A stretch of DNA of 64,000 bases from Bdellovibrio sp. (GTDB lineage: Bacteria > Bdellovibrionota > Bdellovibrionia > Bdellovibrionales > Bdellovibrionaceae), in the NCBI GenBank assembly GCA_036676395.1, contig JAKFCY010000003.1, positions 320,001 to 384,000 of the forward strand, written 5' to 3'. Position numbers and translations under genes: made by a program. Positions 20,585 through 29,999 of this stretch are shown here, one piece after another. How positions within the stretch are numbered: position 1 is the first letter of the stretch; every line of letters starts with the position of its first letter. The notes beneath the pieces are model-generated. The model had not been told where the DNA came from and did not search any database. It worked only from the letters and a program-made list of their open reading frames with translations.

Positions 20585-23005
20585 ATGACATTTGACAATC
20601 AACCAGTTGAAGTACCGCAAACTCTACCGATGTTACCAGTAAGAGATATCGTTGTATTCCCATACATGATCATCCCTTTATTTGTTGGCAGAGAATCTTC
20701 TATCAGATCAGTTGAAGATGCTTTAGCTAAAAATCGCCTTATCTTTTTAGCATCGCAAAAAGATATCGCTGAAGAAAATCCTACGCCAGACACAATCTAC
20801 AAAGTTGGTACTGTCGCAAAAATTATGCGCATGAGAAAACTTTCTGATGGCCGTGTAAAAATCCTGATTCAAGGTGAAGCGAAAGCGCAAATCACTTCTT
20901 TCACAAAAACAACTGGCAGCTATGAAGTAGCTATCGAAAAAATCGAAGACAAAGGCACGACTTCAACTCCTGCTGAAATCGAAGCTTTAATTCGCACAGC
21001 GAAAGAGTCGATCGAAAAAATCATCGCTCTTGGTAAAGCTTTATCTCCTGATATCTTATTAGTATTAGATGATGTGACTGATCCAGGTCGTATCGCAGAT
21101 CTTATCGCAAGCAACTTGGGCGTAAAAGTTCAAGAAGCGCAAAAAGTTCTAGAAACAGTAGACGCAAAAGAACGCCTCTCCCTAGTGTGCACAATCTTAG
21201 CTGCTGAATTAGAAGTTTTACAGGCGCAAGCAAAATTACGCGGTAACTCTCGTGATGACCAACACAAAAATCAAAGAGAAAACTTTTTACGCGATCAAAT
21301 GAAAGCTATAAAATCTGAACTTGGTGAAGCTGGTCAGCAAGATTCAAAAGCTGAAGAGATGGATGAACTACGCGCTAAACTTATGGCGTGCGGAATGCCA
21401 GAACCAGTTCAATCTGAAGCTTTAAAACAATTAACCCGTTTAGAGCGAATGCATCCGGATGCTTCTGAAGCAACTATGGTTCGTACATACTTAGACTGGA
21501 TGGTTGATCTTCCGTGGAGCAAACAAACTGAAGATATCCATGATTTAAAACATGCAATGCAAGTTTTAGATGATGATCACTATGAATTACAAAAAGCTAA
21601 AGACCGTGTAATGGAATTTTTAGCTGTAAGAAAGTTAAAAACGACAATGAAGGGTCCAATCCTTTGTTTCTCTGGTCCTCCGGGCGTAGGTAAAACTTCG
21701 CTAGGTCGCTCAATTGCAAAAGCAATGGGTCGTGAATACTTCCGTATCGCACTTGGCGGCGTAAAAGACGAAGCTGAGATTCGTGGTCACAGAAGAACAT
21801 ACGTAGGAGCAATGCCAGGTAAAATCGTGCAAGCTTTACGTCAATGTAAAACTAAAAATCCGGTTATCGTGTTAGATGAGATCGATAAAATGGCTTCAGA
21901 TTTCAGAGGTGATCCAGCTTCTGCAATGTTAGAGGTGTTAGATCCAGAACAAAACACAACTTTCCGTGATAACTATTTAAATGTAGATTTCGATTTATCG
22001 AAAGTTCTATTCATCGCAACAGCAAACGTGGTTGAAAACATTCCGCCAGCTTTACGCGATCGTATGGAAATGATCTACATCCCTGGTTACACTGAAAATG
22101 ATAAATTATTTATTACTAAAAAACATTTGATTAGCAGACAAATGGAAGCCAACGGAGTTACATCAGATAATATTAAATTTACTGATGAAGGTATCAAATT
22201 CTTAATCGCAGGATACACACGCGAAGCCGGATTACGTAACCTTGAAAGAGAAGTTGGTTCTGTTTGCCGCAAGGTTGCTAAAAAAGTTGTGATGAATGAA
22301 TCAAACTTTGTTGAAGTGAATGAAGTAACAGTACCAGAATTACTTGGTCCTCCACGTTTCTTACGTGATGAAAGAATGCTTGAGCCATCTGTTGGTGTTG
22401 TTCAAGGTCTTGCTTGGACTCAAGCTGGTGGTGAAGTACTTTTAATCGAAGCACTTAAAATGAAAGGTAAAGGCAGTTTAATGCTTACCGGACAATTAGG
22501 TGATGTGATGAAAGAGTCTGCTCACGCAGCGATGTCTTATGCTCGTGCTCATATGGACGAACTAGGTATCGATCAAGAAATGTTTGAAAAATTTGATATT
22601 CACGTGCATTTACCTGCAGGTGCAATTCCGAAAGATGGTCCTTCTGCCGGTATCACGTTAACTACAGCCTTGGTCAGCTTGTTAACTGGAACACCAATCA
22701 GAAATGACATCGCTATGACTGGCGAAGTGACTTTACAAGGTCGCGTCTTACCTGTCGGCGGTATCCGTGAAAAGTGCTTAGCGGCACTTAACTTAGGAAT
22801 CACTAACGTGATCATCCCTATGGCTAACGGAAAAGATCTTGAAGACATCCCACAAATTTTCAAAGAGAAGATGAATTTCATCTTAGCAGAAAATTTAGAT
22901 GAAGTTTTTGCAGTAGCTTTCGAGAAATCAGAGCGCTTCTCAAAAACTAAAACCGGAGCCAACAAATCTCCGAAAAAAGGCAAAGCTACATCAGCGGCGG
23001 CTTAG
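20585..23005 (+). CDS. lon: ATP-dependent protease La (Lon)
   Basis: LPVRDIVVFP, GPPGVGKTS, DEAEIRGHRRTYVGAMPG, PKDGPSAG catalytic Ser. Confidence 0.97.
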   Translation: MTFDNQPVEVPQTLPMLPVRDIVVFPYMIIPLFVGRESSIRSVEDALAKNRLIFLASQKDIAEENPTPDTIYKVGTVAKIMRMRKLSDGRVKILIQGEAKAQITSFTKTTGSYEVAIEKIEDKGTTSTPAEIEALIRTAKESIEKIIALGKALSPDILLVLDDVTDPGRIADLIASNLGVKVQEAQKVLETVDAKERLSLVCTILAAELEVLQAQAKLRGNSRDDQHKNQRENFLRDQMKAIKSELGEAGQQDSKAEEMDELRAKLMACGMPEPVQSEALKQLTRLERMHPDASEATMVRTYLDWMVDLPWSKQTEDIHDLKHAMQVLDDDHYELQKAKDRVMEFLAVRKLKTTMKGPILCFSGPPGVGKTSLGRSIAKAMGREYFRIALGGVKDEAEIRGHRRTYVGAMPGKIVQALRQCKTKNPVIVLDEIDKMASDFRGDPASAMLEVLDPEQNTTFRDNYLNVDFDLSKVLFIATANVVENIPPALRDRMEMIYIPGYTENDKLFITKKHLISRQMEANGVTSDNIKFTDEGIKFLIAGYTREAGLRNLEREVGSVCRKVAKKVVMNESNFVEVNEVTVPELLGPPRFLRDERMLEPSVGVVQGLAWTQAGGEVLLIEALKMKGKGSLMLTGQLGDVMKESAHAAMSYARAHMDELGIDQEMFEKFDIHVHLPAGAIPKDGPSAGITLTTALVSLLTGTPIRNDIAMTGEVTLQGRVLPVGGIREKCLAALNLGITNVIIPMANGKDLEDIPQIFKEKMNFILAENLDEVFAVAFEKSERFSKTKTGANKSPKKGKATSAAA

Positions 23006-23030
23006 TTTATAAAATTATAATGTTCAAACG

Positions 23031-23063
23031 AAAAGGCTCAGGTTATTACCCTGGGCTTTTTTT
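23031..23063 (+). terminator. intrinsic terminator after lon (possibly bidirectional)
   Basis: AAAA-GGCTCAGG-ttattac-CCTGGGCT followed by a T run. Confidence 0.8.
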
Positions 23064-23079
23064 CTTTTACGCAAATTTG

Positions 23080-23328
23080 TTACCCTTTTTTAGTTTCCCT
23101 AATCAAGTCACGAATTAAAACCTTCTTACCTTTAAGCTTCGTCAGCCCGTCCGCAATTTGCTCTAGCGCCAGCAATGTTGGGTTCGCCCCTTCTTTTTTA
23201 TAAGCATAAAGCTGTGTGTACACGACACCAATTTGATTGGCCAAATCAATAATCGAATGCTCTCCTAAAAGCTCTTCAAATCTTAACTGTGTTTTGGGTT
23301 TTTTATCTGTGCTCAATTTTGACTTCAC
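23080..23328 (-). CDS. XRE/Cro-type helix-turn-helix regulator
   Basis: SIIDLANQIGVVYTQLYAYKKEGANPTLLALEQIADGL matches the XRE HTH pattern; GTG start. Confidence 0.8.
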   Translation of the reverse strand: MKSKLSTDKKPKTQLRFEELLGEHSIIDLANQIGVVYTQLYAYKKEGANPTLLALEQIADGLTKLKGKKVLIRDLIRETKKG

Positions 23329-23338
23329 GCTTAATCTG

Positions 23339-23388
23339 AATATATGTTTAAAATTATATTTGTTATACTATAACTTTAAACATATATT
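23339..23388. promoter_or_regulatory. 20-bp inverted repeat operator overlapping divergent sigma70-like promoters
   Basis: AATATATGTTTAAAATTATA-N10-TATAACTTTAAACATATATT (19/20 match). Plus strand has extended -10 TGtTATACT at 23361-23369; minus strand has TTGCAA-N17-TATAGT at 23395-23367. Confidence 0.75.
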
Positions 23389-23409
23389 ATTGCAAGCCGA
23401 GGAAAAAGC

Positions 23410-23832
23410 ATGAATAACAATGAAAAGTTTTCTAAATCAAAAGATATGATTCTGAGCATTAAGCCTCCTTATGCAAACTTAATTGTTGATGGCGTGAAGA
23501 CGATTGAATTAAGACGTCGCTTTCCAGAAAACCTTCCTCAAGGCACTAAAATATATGTTTATTCAACATCTCCCCAACAGGTCGTGATTGGAGAATGTGA
23601 GATTAAAGAAATCATTAAGAGGCCACTTGCTACATTGTGGTCAGCCGCCGCTATCGAGGCGATGATTTCTAAAAAAGATTTTGACGACTATTTCACTGGC
23701 TTAGAAGAGGGATATGGGGTCCGCGTCTGGAAATTTAAACGGTACGAAAAGCCTAAAAGCTTAACATCTTACTTAGGAAGTAAGGCAACTGCTCCACAGT
23801 CCTATAGATACGTACCTGAGATTGAGGCGTAA
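23410..23832 (+). CDS. ASCH/PUA-like domain protein
   Basis: ILSIKPPYANLIVDGVKTIELRRR (GxKxxExR), IYVYSTSP..VIGE, FDDYF.G, APQSYRY. Confidence 0.88.
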   Translation: MNNNEKFSKSKDMILSIKPPYANLIVDGVKTIELRRRFPENLPQGTKIYVYSTSPQQVVIGECEIKEIIKRPLATLWSAAAIEAMISKKDFDDYFTGLEEGYGVRVWKFKRYEKPKSLTSYLGSKATAPQSYRYVPEIEA

Positions 23833-23839
23833 AATATAA

Positions 23840-25651
23840 ATGAATATTAGCCTGTTGATAGATACGAATGTCGCTATCCAGCTCGAAGAAGCAGGTACCG
23901 ACGGCGAAATTAAGGGATCATTTGCCCTATTACATTCCCAGGTGCTTAAGCATAAAATATCAGTACTTATCCATCCTATATCTGTAGAGGATGTAAAAAA
24001 TGATAAAAATGAGGCTCGTAAAAAAACTACATTATCACGCCTCAATAAGTATCCTTTTTTGCAGTCGCCTCCGACGCCAGTAGGAAACCAGTTAGAGGAA
24101 CTATTTGGCGGTCTTTCAAAGACAAATGATGTTGTAGATGCGAATATTCTCTTTGCTGTCTATAAAAACTGTGTCACTTACCTAGTTACAGAAGATCTTG
24201 GTCTACACAAAAGAGCTAAAAATTCGGGATTGGATGACCGTGTTCTTTCTGTGGCCGAAGCTTTAGATTGTATTAATCGGACATACGAACCATCAGCGGT
24301 GCACTTCCCAGCCATAAGAGAAGAATATACATATAATATCGACATAAATGATCCAATTTTTGATTCTCTAAAAGAAGATTATGACGAATTTGTTCAATGG
24401 TATCAAAAAAAGTGTTGTGAAAAGCAAAGAAAGGCTTGGATTATCGAAGCAGATAATCGTCTTGCGGGCATTTGTATTTATAAGCATGACGATACACAGG
24501 AACACAGTGGTATTGATCTACCATCAATGAAACTAGCTACGTTTAAAGTTTCCGATGATTTCAAAGGTGCTAAATATGGTGAGCTTCTTTTGAAAATGGC
24601 GTTAGGTTATGCCTATAAAAATGGAATAAAAACAATTTGGGTTACTGCGCGGCCTAAGCAAATAGTATTAATTCAGTTTCTTAAAGATTTTGGTTTTAGT
24701 GCGCATTCTGAACTCGCCGGCGAGGATATGATTTTTTATAAGCAGTTGTTCGTGCCGAACGGAACTCAGTCAATGCCACCTTTAGAATTTCACATTAAAT
24801 TTAGCCCCCACTACCTTGATCATAAGCATATCAATAAGTACGCAATCCCGATTAAACCAAAATATCATGATTTATTGTTTCCGGAAATATCTCCGCAAAT
24901 ATCCTTGGGCACGGGTGTTCCCGGCAATACGATTAAAAAAGTTTATATTTCTCAGTCAAAAATTAATGAATTAGCAATTGGATCATTGATTTATTTCTAC
25001 CGTTCATCGCCAGAACAATATTTAACCACAATCGCTGTTGTTGAACGATGCAGAAGAATGTCGGATTTAACTGCTATTGCAAGTGCAATTGGGAAAAGAT
25101 CAGTTTATTCCTCAAAAGAAATCGAAGAGATGGTTGCAGAAAACAAAGAAATACTTATTATAAATTTTAGACTAATTGGGCATTTTAGAAAATTTATTAC
25201 ATTAAAAGAATTGGTTTCTTCTAATATTTTTAGTGCTGCACCTCAGTCTATTACTGGTCTATCTGAAGATGTCTATACTAAACTTAAAGATTTTTCTCCA
25301 GTCGCACGCCATCCATTCGATATTGAAATGAAACTTAGCCCGGAGCCATTTGCAGTAACTATTTCTGGGCAAAAAACTTTAGAAGTAAGAATACATGATG
25401 AGCGCCGAAAATATTTAAAGCCCGGCCAAATAATTCGTTTTGTAAATAGCGAAAACGGTAAAGAGGAACTGTTTGCAACAGTTATAAGTATTCGACTCTA
25501 TTCAAGTTTAGATCAGTTAGTACAACAAGAAGATATCAGAAAAACCGGTGGATTATATACTGATCCAAACGATTGGTTAGAAAAACTTAAAAAATATTAT
25601 CCTGACGGTGGCGAGGGTATGGCAATTGAAATTACCAAGCTAAATTTCTGA
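23840..25651 (+). CDS. PIN-GNAT-EVE/PUA-like-ASCH multidomain protein
   Basis: PIN: LLIDTNV, SVED, NDVVDANIL, LVTED. GNAT: KLATFKVSDDFKGAKYGELLL..FLKDFGF. PUA/EVE-like: IPIKPKYHDLLFPE..GNTIKKVY..GSLIYFYRS..APQSI. C-terminal ASCH: MKLSPEPF..ISGQKTLEVRIHDERR..LKPGQIIRF. Confidence 0.82.
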   Translation: MNISLLIDTNVAIQLEEAGTDGEIKGSFALLHSQVLKHKISVLIHPISVEDVKNDKNEARKKTTLSRLNKYPFLQSPPTPVGNQLEELFGGLSKTNDVVDANILFAVYKNCVTYLVTEDLGLHKRAKNSGLDDRVLSVAEALDCINRTYEPSAVHFPAIREEYTYNIDINDPIFDSLKEDYDEFVQWYQKKCCEKQRKAWIIEADNRLAGICIYKHDDTQEHSGIDLPSMKLATFKVSDDFKGAKYGELLLKMALGYAYKNGIKTIWVTARPKQIVLIQFLKDFGFSAHSELAGEDMIFYKQLFVPNGTQSMPPLEFHIKFSPHYLDHKHINKYAIPIKPKYHDLLFPEISPQISLGTGVPGNTIKKVYISQSKINELAIGSLIYFYRSSPEQYLTTIAVVERCRRMSDLTAIASAIGKRSVYSSKEIEEMVAENKEILIINFRLIGHFRKFITLKELVSSNIFSAAPQSITGLSEDVYTKLKDFSPVARHPFDIEMKLSPEPFAVTISGQKTLEVRIHDERRKYLKPGQIIRFVNSENGKEELFATVISIRLYSSLDQLVQQEDIRKTGGLYTDPNDWLEKLKKYYPDGGEGMAIEITKLNF

Positions 25652-25879
25652 TAGCATCGATTATCTAAATCAAAACGGAACTTATGCTGCCTTTTAATTT
25701 ATAAATGTTGTTAATTCGAGTAAACAACTCAGCGTAAAAACATTGAGCTTTTTACAAGGTGTGGTTCCAGTGTAAAACCACTTATCATTTCGATTTCAAT
25801 TAGTAGTTAGTGCGTTTTCAATTACAAAAATTATTTTTAAAAATTATGGTTTTTCGAATGCATCGTTTATAGATGCGCC

Positions 25880-27085
25880 ATGCGCTCAATATCAGCACTC
25901 TTAATTTTTTTATCTCTTCCCGCTTTCGCTCAATCAGACTTTTCTTTTAAACAAAGATATGTTGGTGAATTTCAATTTATTCAAGAAGATAAATTTAAGA
26001 CGGTAAATAATCTTACGCCCTACCAGCGTAAATCTTTTGATCTAAAAGCCATCGAAGCTGAATACGAAATTCAGTTAAATCCTAATAATAAATTCGAATT
26101 CGAAGTTGAATATGAACATGGCGGTGTGGGCTCTGCTGTTGAGTTTGATAATTTCGAAGAATTCGGTGAGTTCGAAACCGAAGTTGAAAAAGGCGGAGAA
26201 GTTGTTGTCTCTGAAGCTTTTCTCTTAAAAAAGCTTTCACCAAAAACAGAATTATATATAGGTAAGTCTCCAGTAGGGATCACGCTGAATAATGCGATGA
26301 ATTCTCCGCTTATGTATTCTTCGAATGAGGCTTCGCAGTTAGAAGCGCGCATTGTTCCGCAAGAGTGGAACGAAATGGGCCTGCAAACTAAAACACGTCT
26401 TGGCGACTGGAGTATCTACGCCGGTATCGTGAGCGGTTTAAATTCTGAATTTTTTCGTAAGTACAATTGGGTTGGCGGCGGATACCAAAAACAATTCGAA
26501 AATATCAACGCCGATCAATTAGCCTACACGGCTGGTCTTGAATGGGGTGATGTGATTTGGGGCCGCGGGATCAGCGTTCATTATTATGAAGGTGATACAC
26601 AAAAAAACCGTTACAAACTAGATAAACTGACTGTTCCAGCTACTGTGCGCATCTACACCGCGATGGCTCAGTGGAAATTTTTTGATCGCGTAGGAATCGT
26701 TACTGAGCATATCCGAGGCACGTTGCAAAACTCTGAATCTGTTGCTTTAGCTAATGCTACTTTAAGTGGTGTGGCTAAACCAAAAAGCTTTGCCGCGCTT
26801 GGATCACAAGCAGCACTTCAGATGTATCAATTAAATGTAGATGTAACAGACACGTTAAATATTTTTAGTCAGTACGAACACGTAAATACTTTTATGCAGG
26901 TTGAAGGAACGATCGCAAAAGACCCCCGTTATGATGTGATTCAGAATGGTTATGGTTTCGCTTACAAGCTGGATGAAATCACGCATATCAAAGCTCATTA
27001 TTATAAAGAAAAAACAAAATTAGAAGCGCTTCCGGAAACTACGCACTTTGTGCTGAGCTTTAATCTGGATACCGCTGAATTTTAA
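25880..27085 (+). CDS. outer-membrane beta-barrel/porin heading the iron-uptake operon
   Basis: Signal peptide; EVEYEHGG..GGEV..EA..P..WNEMG motifs seen in imelysin-associated porins; C-terminal Phe. Confidence 0.7.
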   Translation: MRSISALLIFLSLPAFAQSDFSFKQRYVGEFQFIQEDKFKTVNNLTPYQRKSFDLKAIEAEYEIQLNPNNKFEFEVEYEHGGVGSAVEFDNFEEFGEFETEVEKGGEVVVSEAFLLKKLSPKTELYIGKSPVGITLNNAMNSPLMYSSNEASQLEARIVPQEWNEMGLQTKTRLGDWSIYAGIVSGLNSEFFRKYNWVGGGYQKQFENINADQLAYTAGLEWGDVIWGRGISVHYYEGDTQKNRYKLDKLTVPATVRIYTAMAQWKFFDRVGIVTEHIRGTLQNSESVALANATLSGVAKPKSFAALGSQAALQMYQLNVDVTDTLNIFSQYEHVNTFMQVEGTIAKDPRYDVIQNGYGFAYKLDEITHIKAHYYKEKTKLEALPETTHFVLSFNLDTAEF

Positions 27086-27098
27086 CTAAGGAGAAGAA

Positions 27099-28184
27099 AT
27101 GAAAATCATGAACCTAGTGCTTAGCACTCTATTATTCGGTGCTGTTGCATCAGCCGGAACACTTGAAAAACAAGTGATCGAAAACGTTTCTAAAAACGTT
27201 ATTCTGCAAACTTATAAAGATCTTTCTGATCGTTCAGCAGACTTATTAACTGCTGTTAAACAATTAGAAGGCAACCGCACGCAAGCAAATTTATTAAACG
27301 CACAAAATGCTTGGGTTGCTGCTCGTGCCCCATGGGAAGCTTCTGAATCTTTTTTATACGGCCCAGTTGATTCTTTAGGTATTGATCCAATGATCGACAC
27401 TTGGCCTTTAAGCCGCATCGATTTAGATTCTGTTTTACATTCTGGTAATACAATCAATTCTGATTTCGTTAGAAACTTGGGTGTAAACTTACAGGGTTTT
27501 CACACATTAGAATATTTATTATTCGGTGATGGCATTCATACTAACACAAAAGAAGTTTCAAGCTTTACGCAAGCGCAATTTGATTACTTAATCGCTACTG
27601 CGGTTTTACAAGCTGAATACACTCATAAATTACATTACGCTTGGACTACTCAAGCTGATCCAGATGACGCTTCTCAACCAGGCTTTATCGATGTCATCTC
27701 TAAACCAGGCTTCGACAATCCAATTTATTCTTCTGAACAAGCTGTTATGTTTGAATTCGTCAATGGTATCTTAGGCATTTTGGACGAAGTGGCTAACGGT
27801 AAAATGTCTGATCCATTGGGCGGCGATATCGCGCATGCTAATGTTGAGTTAGTTGAATCTCCGTACTCTTGGAATTCATTATTAGATTTCGAAGACAACA
27901 TCCGCAGCGTTTACAACGTTTACACAGGCTCTTACGGCGGCAGCAAAAAAGGCCCTGGTCTTAAGGAAGTTATTGCGCAAACTAACCCTGAATTAGCAAA
28001 TCGTGTTGAAGCAAGAATTCTACAAGCTATGGGTAAAATCAAAGCTATTGCTGGCGACAACAACACACCTTTCAATAAAGCAATTTTAGATGCTCAGGGC
28101 CGTGTTTTAACAACTGAGGCGATCAATGACTTAAATGGTTTATTCCAATTAGTTGAGAGCGAAGTATTACCAATTTTTCAATAA
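27099..28184 (+). CDS. imelysin / peptidase M75 family iron-regulated protein (IrpA/EfeO-C-like)
   Basis: AW.AAR.PWE.SE.F.YGP, DTWP, GFHTLEY (HxxE), ESPYS.NSL.DF.DNI. Confidence 0.9.
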   Translation: MKIMNLVLSTLLFGAVASAGTLEKQVIENVSKNVILQTYKDLSDRSADLLTAVKQLEGNRTQANLLNAQNAWVAARAPWEASESFLYGPVDSLGIDPMIDTWPLSRIDLDSVLHSGNTINSDFVRNLGVNLQGFHTLEYLLFGDGIHTNTKEVSSFTQAQFDYLIATAVLQAEYTHKLHYAWTTQADPDDASQPGFIDVISKPGFDNPIYSSEQAVMFEFVNGILGILDEVANGKMSDPLGGDIAHANVELVESPYSWNSLLDFEDNIRSVYNVYTGSYGGSKKGPGLKEVIAQTNPELANRVEARILQAMGKIKAIAGDNNTPFNKAILDAQGRVLTTEAINDLNGLFQLVESEVLPIFQ

Positions 28185-28195
28185 TCAGGATTTAT

Positions 28196-29680
28196 ATGAA
28201 GATTTCTTTGTTCTTAACATTTATTTTCTTAAGTTTAACTTCTCAAGCTGAAATAATTTTTGATGATAGCTTTGTTAGGCAAAGAAATCTGGGTGGTGAT
28301 GGTACATATGTTGCCAACTTCGGCACTACTGTTTCATTTAAACAACCGGTGACAACCATGCCGCCAGAATTACAGGAAAAACACATTGTGGGCGATGGCT
28401 TATTCGAAAAAAACTTTTCTGATGATCCTACCCGTTCAGATTATGGATTAGGTCCTGCTTACAATAATATTAGCTGCGCCAGCTGTCATATCCGTGACGG
28501 CCGCGGTTCTTTGCCTGTTATCTCTGCCAATAATGCGTGGACAAAGCTTGGCCAAAACGAAGCTATTTTTCTTCGTATTAGTGTTGAGTCTTACGTTTCT
28601 AAAAATCTGCACGGCGAACCGACTGCTGTTCCAGGTTACTCAACCCAATTATTTCACCTTGGCAGTTATCATTTACGCCAAAATTCACCAAACACAGGCC
28701 AAGCCGAAGTTTGGATGAAATATGAATACTCAACTTTTACTTATCCCGATGGACAAGTTGTTAAAATTAAAAAACCTATTTTTCAAATTAGAAACCCTTA
28801 CGATTTATCAACTGATGAATCAGGAAATTCAACAAGCCGTCTGTTTCAAGATGATGTTCGCACAAGCCCGCGCATGACTCCGCCCATGATCGGTTTAGGT
28901 TTATTAGAAGCTATCGAACAAGATGATATTATCGCCTTAGCTAATCGCGATTTATCAGCCTGGGGTGTGCATGGGCGACCAAACTGGGTTTACGATATTG
29001 AAAAACAAAAAAATAATTTTGTCGATGTTTATAGCCTAGGGCGTTTCGGCTTAAAGGCAAATACACCTTCGGTGTTACACCAAGCCCTGGGGGCTTTTCG
29101 CGGTGACATGGGCGTGACAAATTCATTTTTTCCTGATGAAAGTATCGCCGGAACACCATTGATCGAAAAAATTCTTCCGTCGTTAAAAAAAGAAGTAAAT
29201 ATCAATGATGAAGATGCTCTAGACACTGTATTTTATTCGCAAACTTTAGCCGTGCCTTCCCGTCGCAAAGAATACTTAGAAGCTGACATCGTTGCCGGCG
29301 GTAAGAATTTCAAAAATGTTGGCTGTACAAATTGCCATCAACCTGAATTCATAACTGGCAAACATTCTATCGAAGCTTTAAGTTTTCAAAGAATTGCTCC
29401 ATACACAGATTTATTATTGCACGACATGGGCGAAGGCTTAGCTGATAACCGTCGCGATTTCCAGGCCTCTGGCCGCGATTGGAAAACTCGCGCACTATGG
29501 GGAATCGGCTTAACTAAAACAATCAATGCCCGCGGTGGCTTTTTACATGATGGCCGCGCAGCTACTATCGAAGAAGCCATTCTATGGCATGGCGGCGAAG
29601 CACAAATCAGTCGTGATAAATTCGCAAGTCTGCCAGCTAATGAGCGTGCTCAAGTTATTAAATTTATCAACTCACTTTAG
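28196..29680 (+). CDS. di-haem oxidoreductase (DHOR/DUF1111, putative peroxidase)
   Basis: GLGP.YN..SCASCH, GCTNCH, GLGLLEAI, GRFGLKA, YTDLLLHDMG, LHDGRA.TIEEAILWHGGEA. Confidence 0.92.
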   Translation: MKISLFLTFIFLSLTSQAEIIFDDSFVRQRNLGGDGTYVANFGTTVSFKQPVTTMPPELQEKHIVGDGLFEKNFSDDPTRSDYGLGPAYNNISCASCHIRDGRGSLPVISANNAWTKLGQNEAIFLRISVESYVSKNLHGEPTAVPGYSTQLFHLGSYHLRQNSPNTGQAEVWMKYEYSTFTYPDGQVVKIKKPIFQIRNPYDLSTDESGNSTSRLFQDDVRTSPRMTPPMIGLGLLEAIEQDDIIALANRDLSAWGVHGRPNWVYDIEKQKNNFVDVYSLGRFGLKANTPSVLHQALGAFRGDMGVTNSFFPDESIAGTPLIEKILPSLKKEVNINDEDALDTVFYSQTLAVPSRRKEYLEADIVAGGKNFKNVGCTNCHQPEFITGKHSIEALSFQRIAPYTDLLLHDMGEGLADNRRDFQASGRDWKTRALWGIGLTKTINARGGFLHDGRAATIEEAILWHGGEAQISRDKFASLPANERAQVIKFINSL

Positions 29681-29690
29681 AGGTTAGAAA

Positions 29691-29999
29691 ATGTTAAGCG
29701 TTTTATTATTGTTTTCAAATTTAGCTTTCGCAGATGATTTAGTTTTTAAGATCGAACTTAAAAACCGCACGATGGTGCCAAATGAAATCGTTGTGGCGCC
29801 AAACACTCCTTTTACCATCGAAGTTGTTAATACAGATAACACAGCTGAAGAATTTGAAAGTAACAGTTTAAAAATTGAAAAAATTATTCCACCAAAACGT
29901 TCGGCAAAATTTAAAGTTAAACCACTAGCCGCCGGCGAATACGAAATCTTTGGCGAATTTCATATGGATACTTGCCAAGGTAAGGTCATAGTAAAATGA
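29691..29999 (+). CDS. cupredoxin-domain protein (FtrB / EfeO N-terminal-like)
   Basis: Signal peptide; EEFES.SL.IEK, PL..GEY..FGEFH motifs. Confidence 0.85.
   Translation: MLSVLLLFSNLAFADDLVFKIELKNRTMVPNEIVVAPNTPFTIEVVNTDNTAEEFESNSLKIEKIIPPKRSAKFKVKPLAAGEYEIFGEFHMDTCQGKVIVK

Noticed and set aside
20418..20663. 81-aa minus-strand ORF
   Set aside because: Overlaps the lon start and promoter region antisense; no recognisable motifs.
23064..25879. Calling the PIN-GNAT-ASCH cassette a mobile element
   Set aside because: No integrase, transposase, tRNA target or flanking direct repeats were seen; horizontal origin is only inferred.
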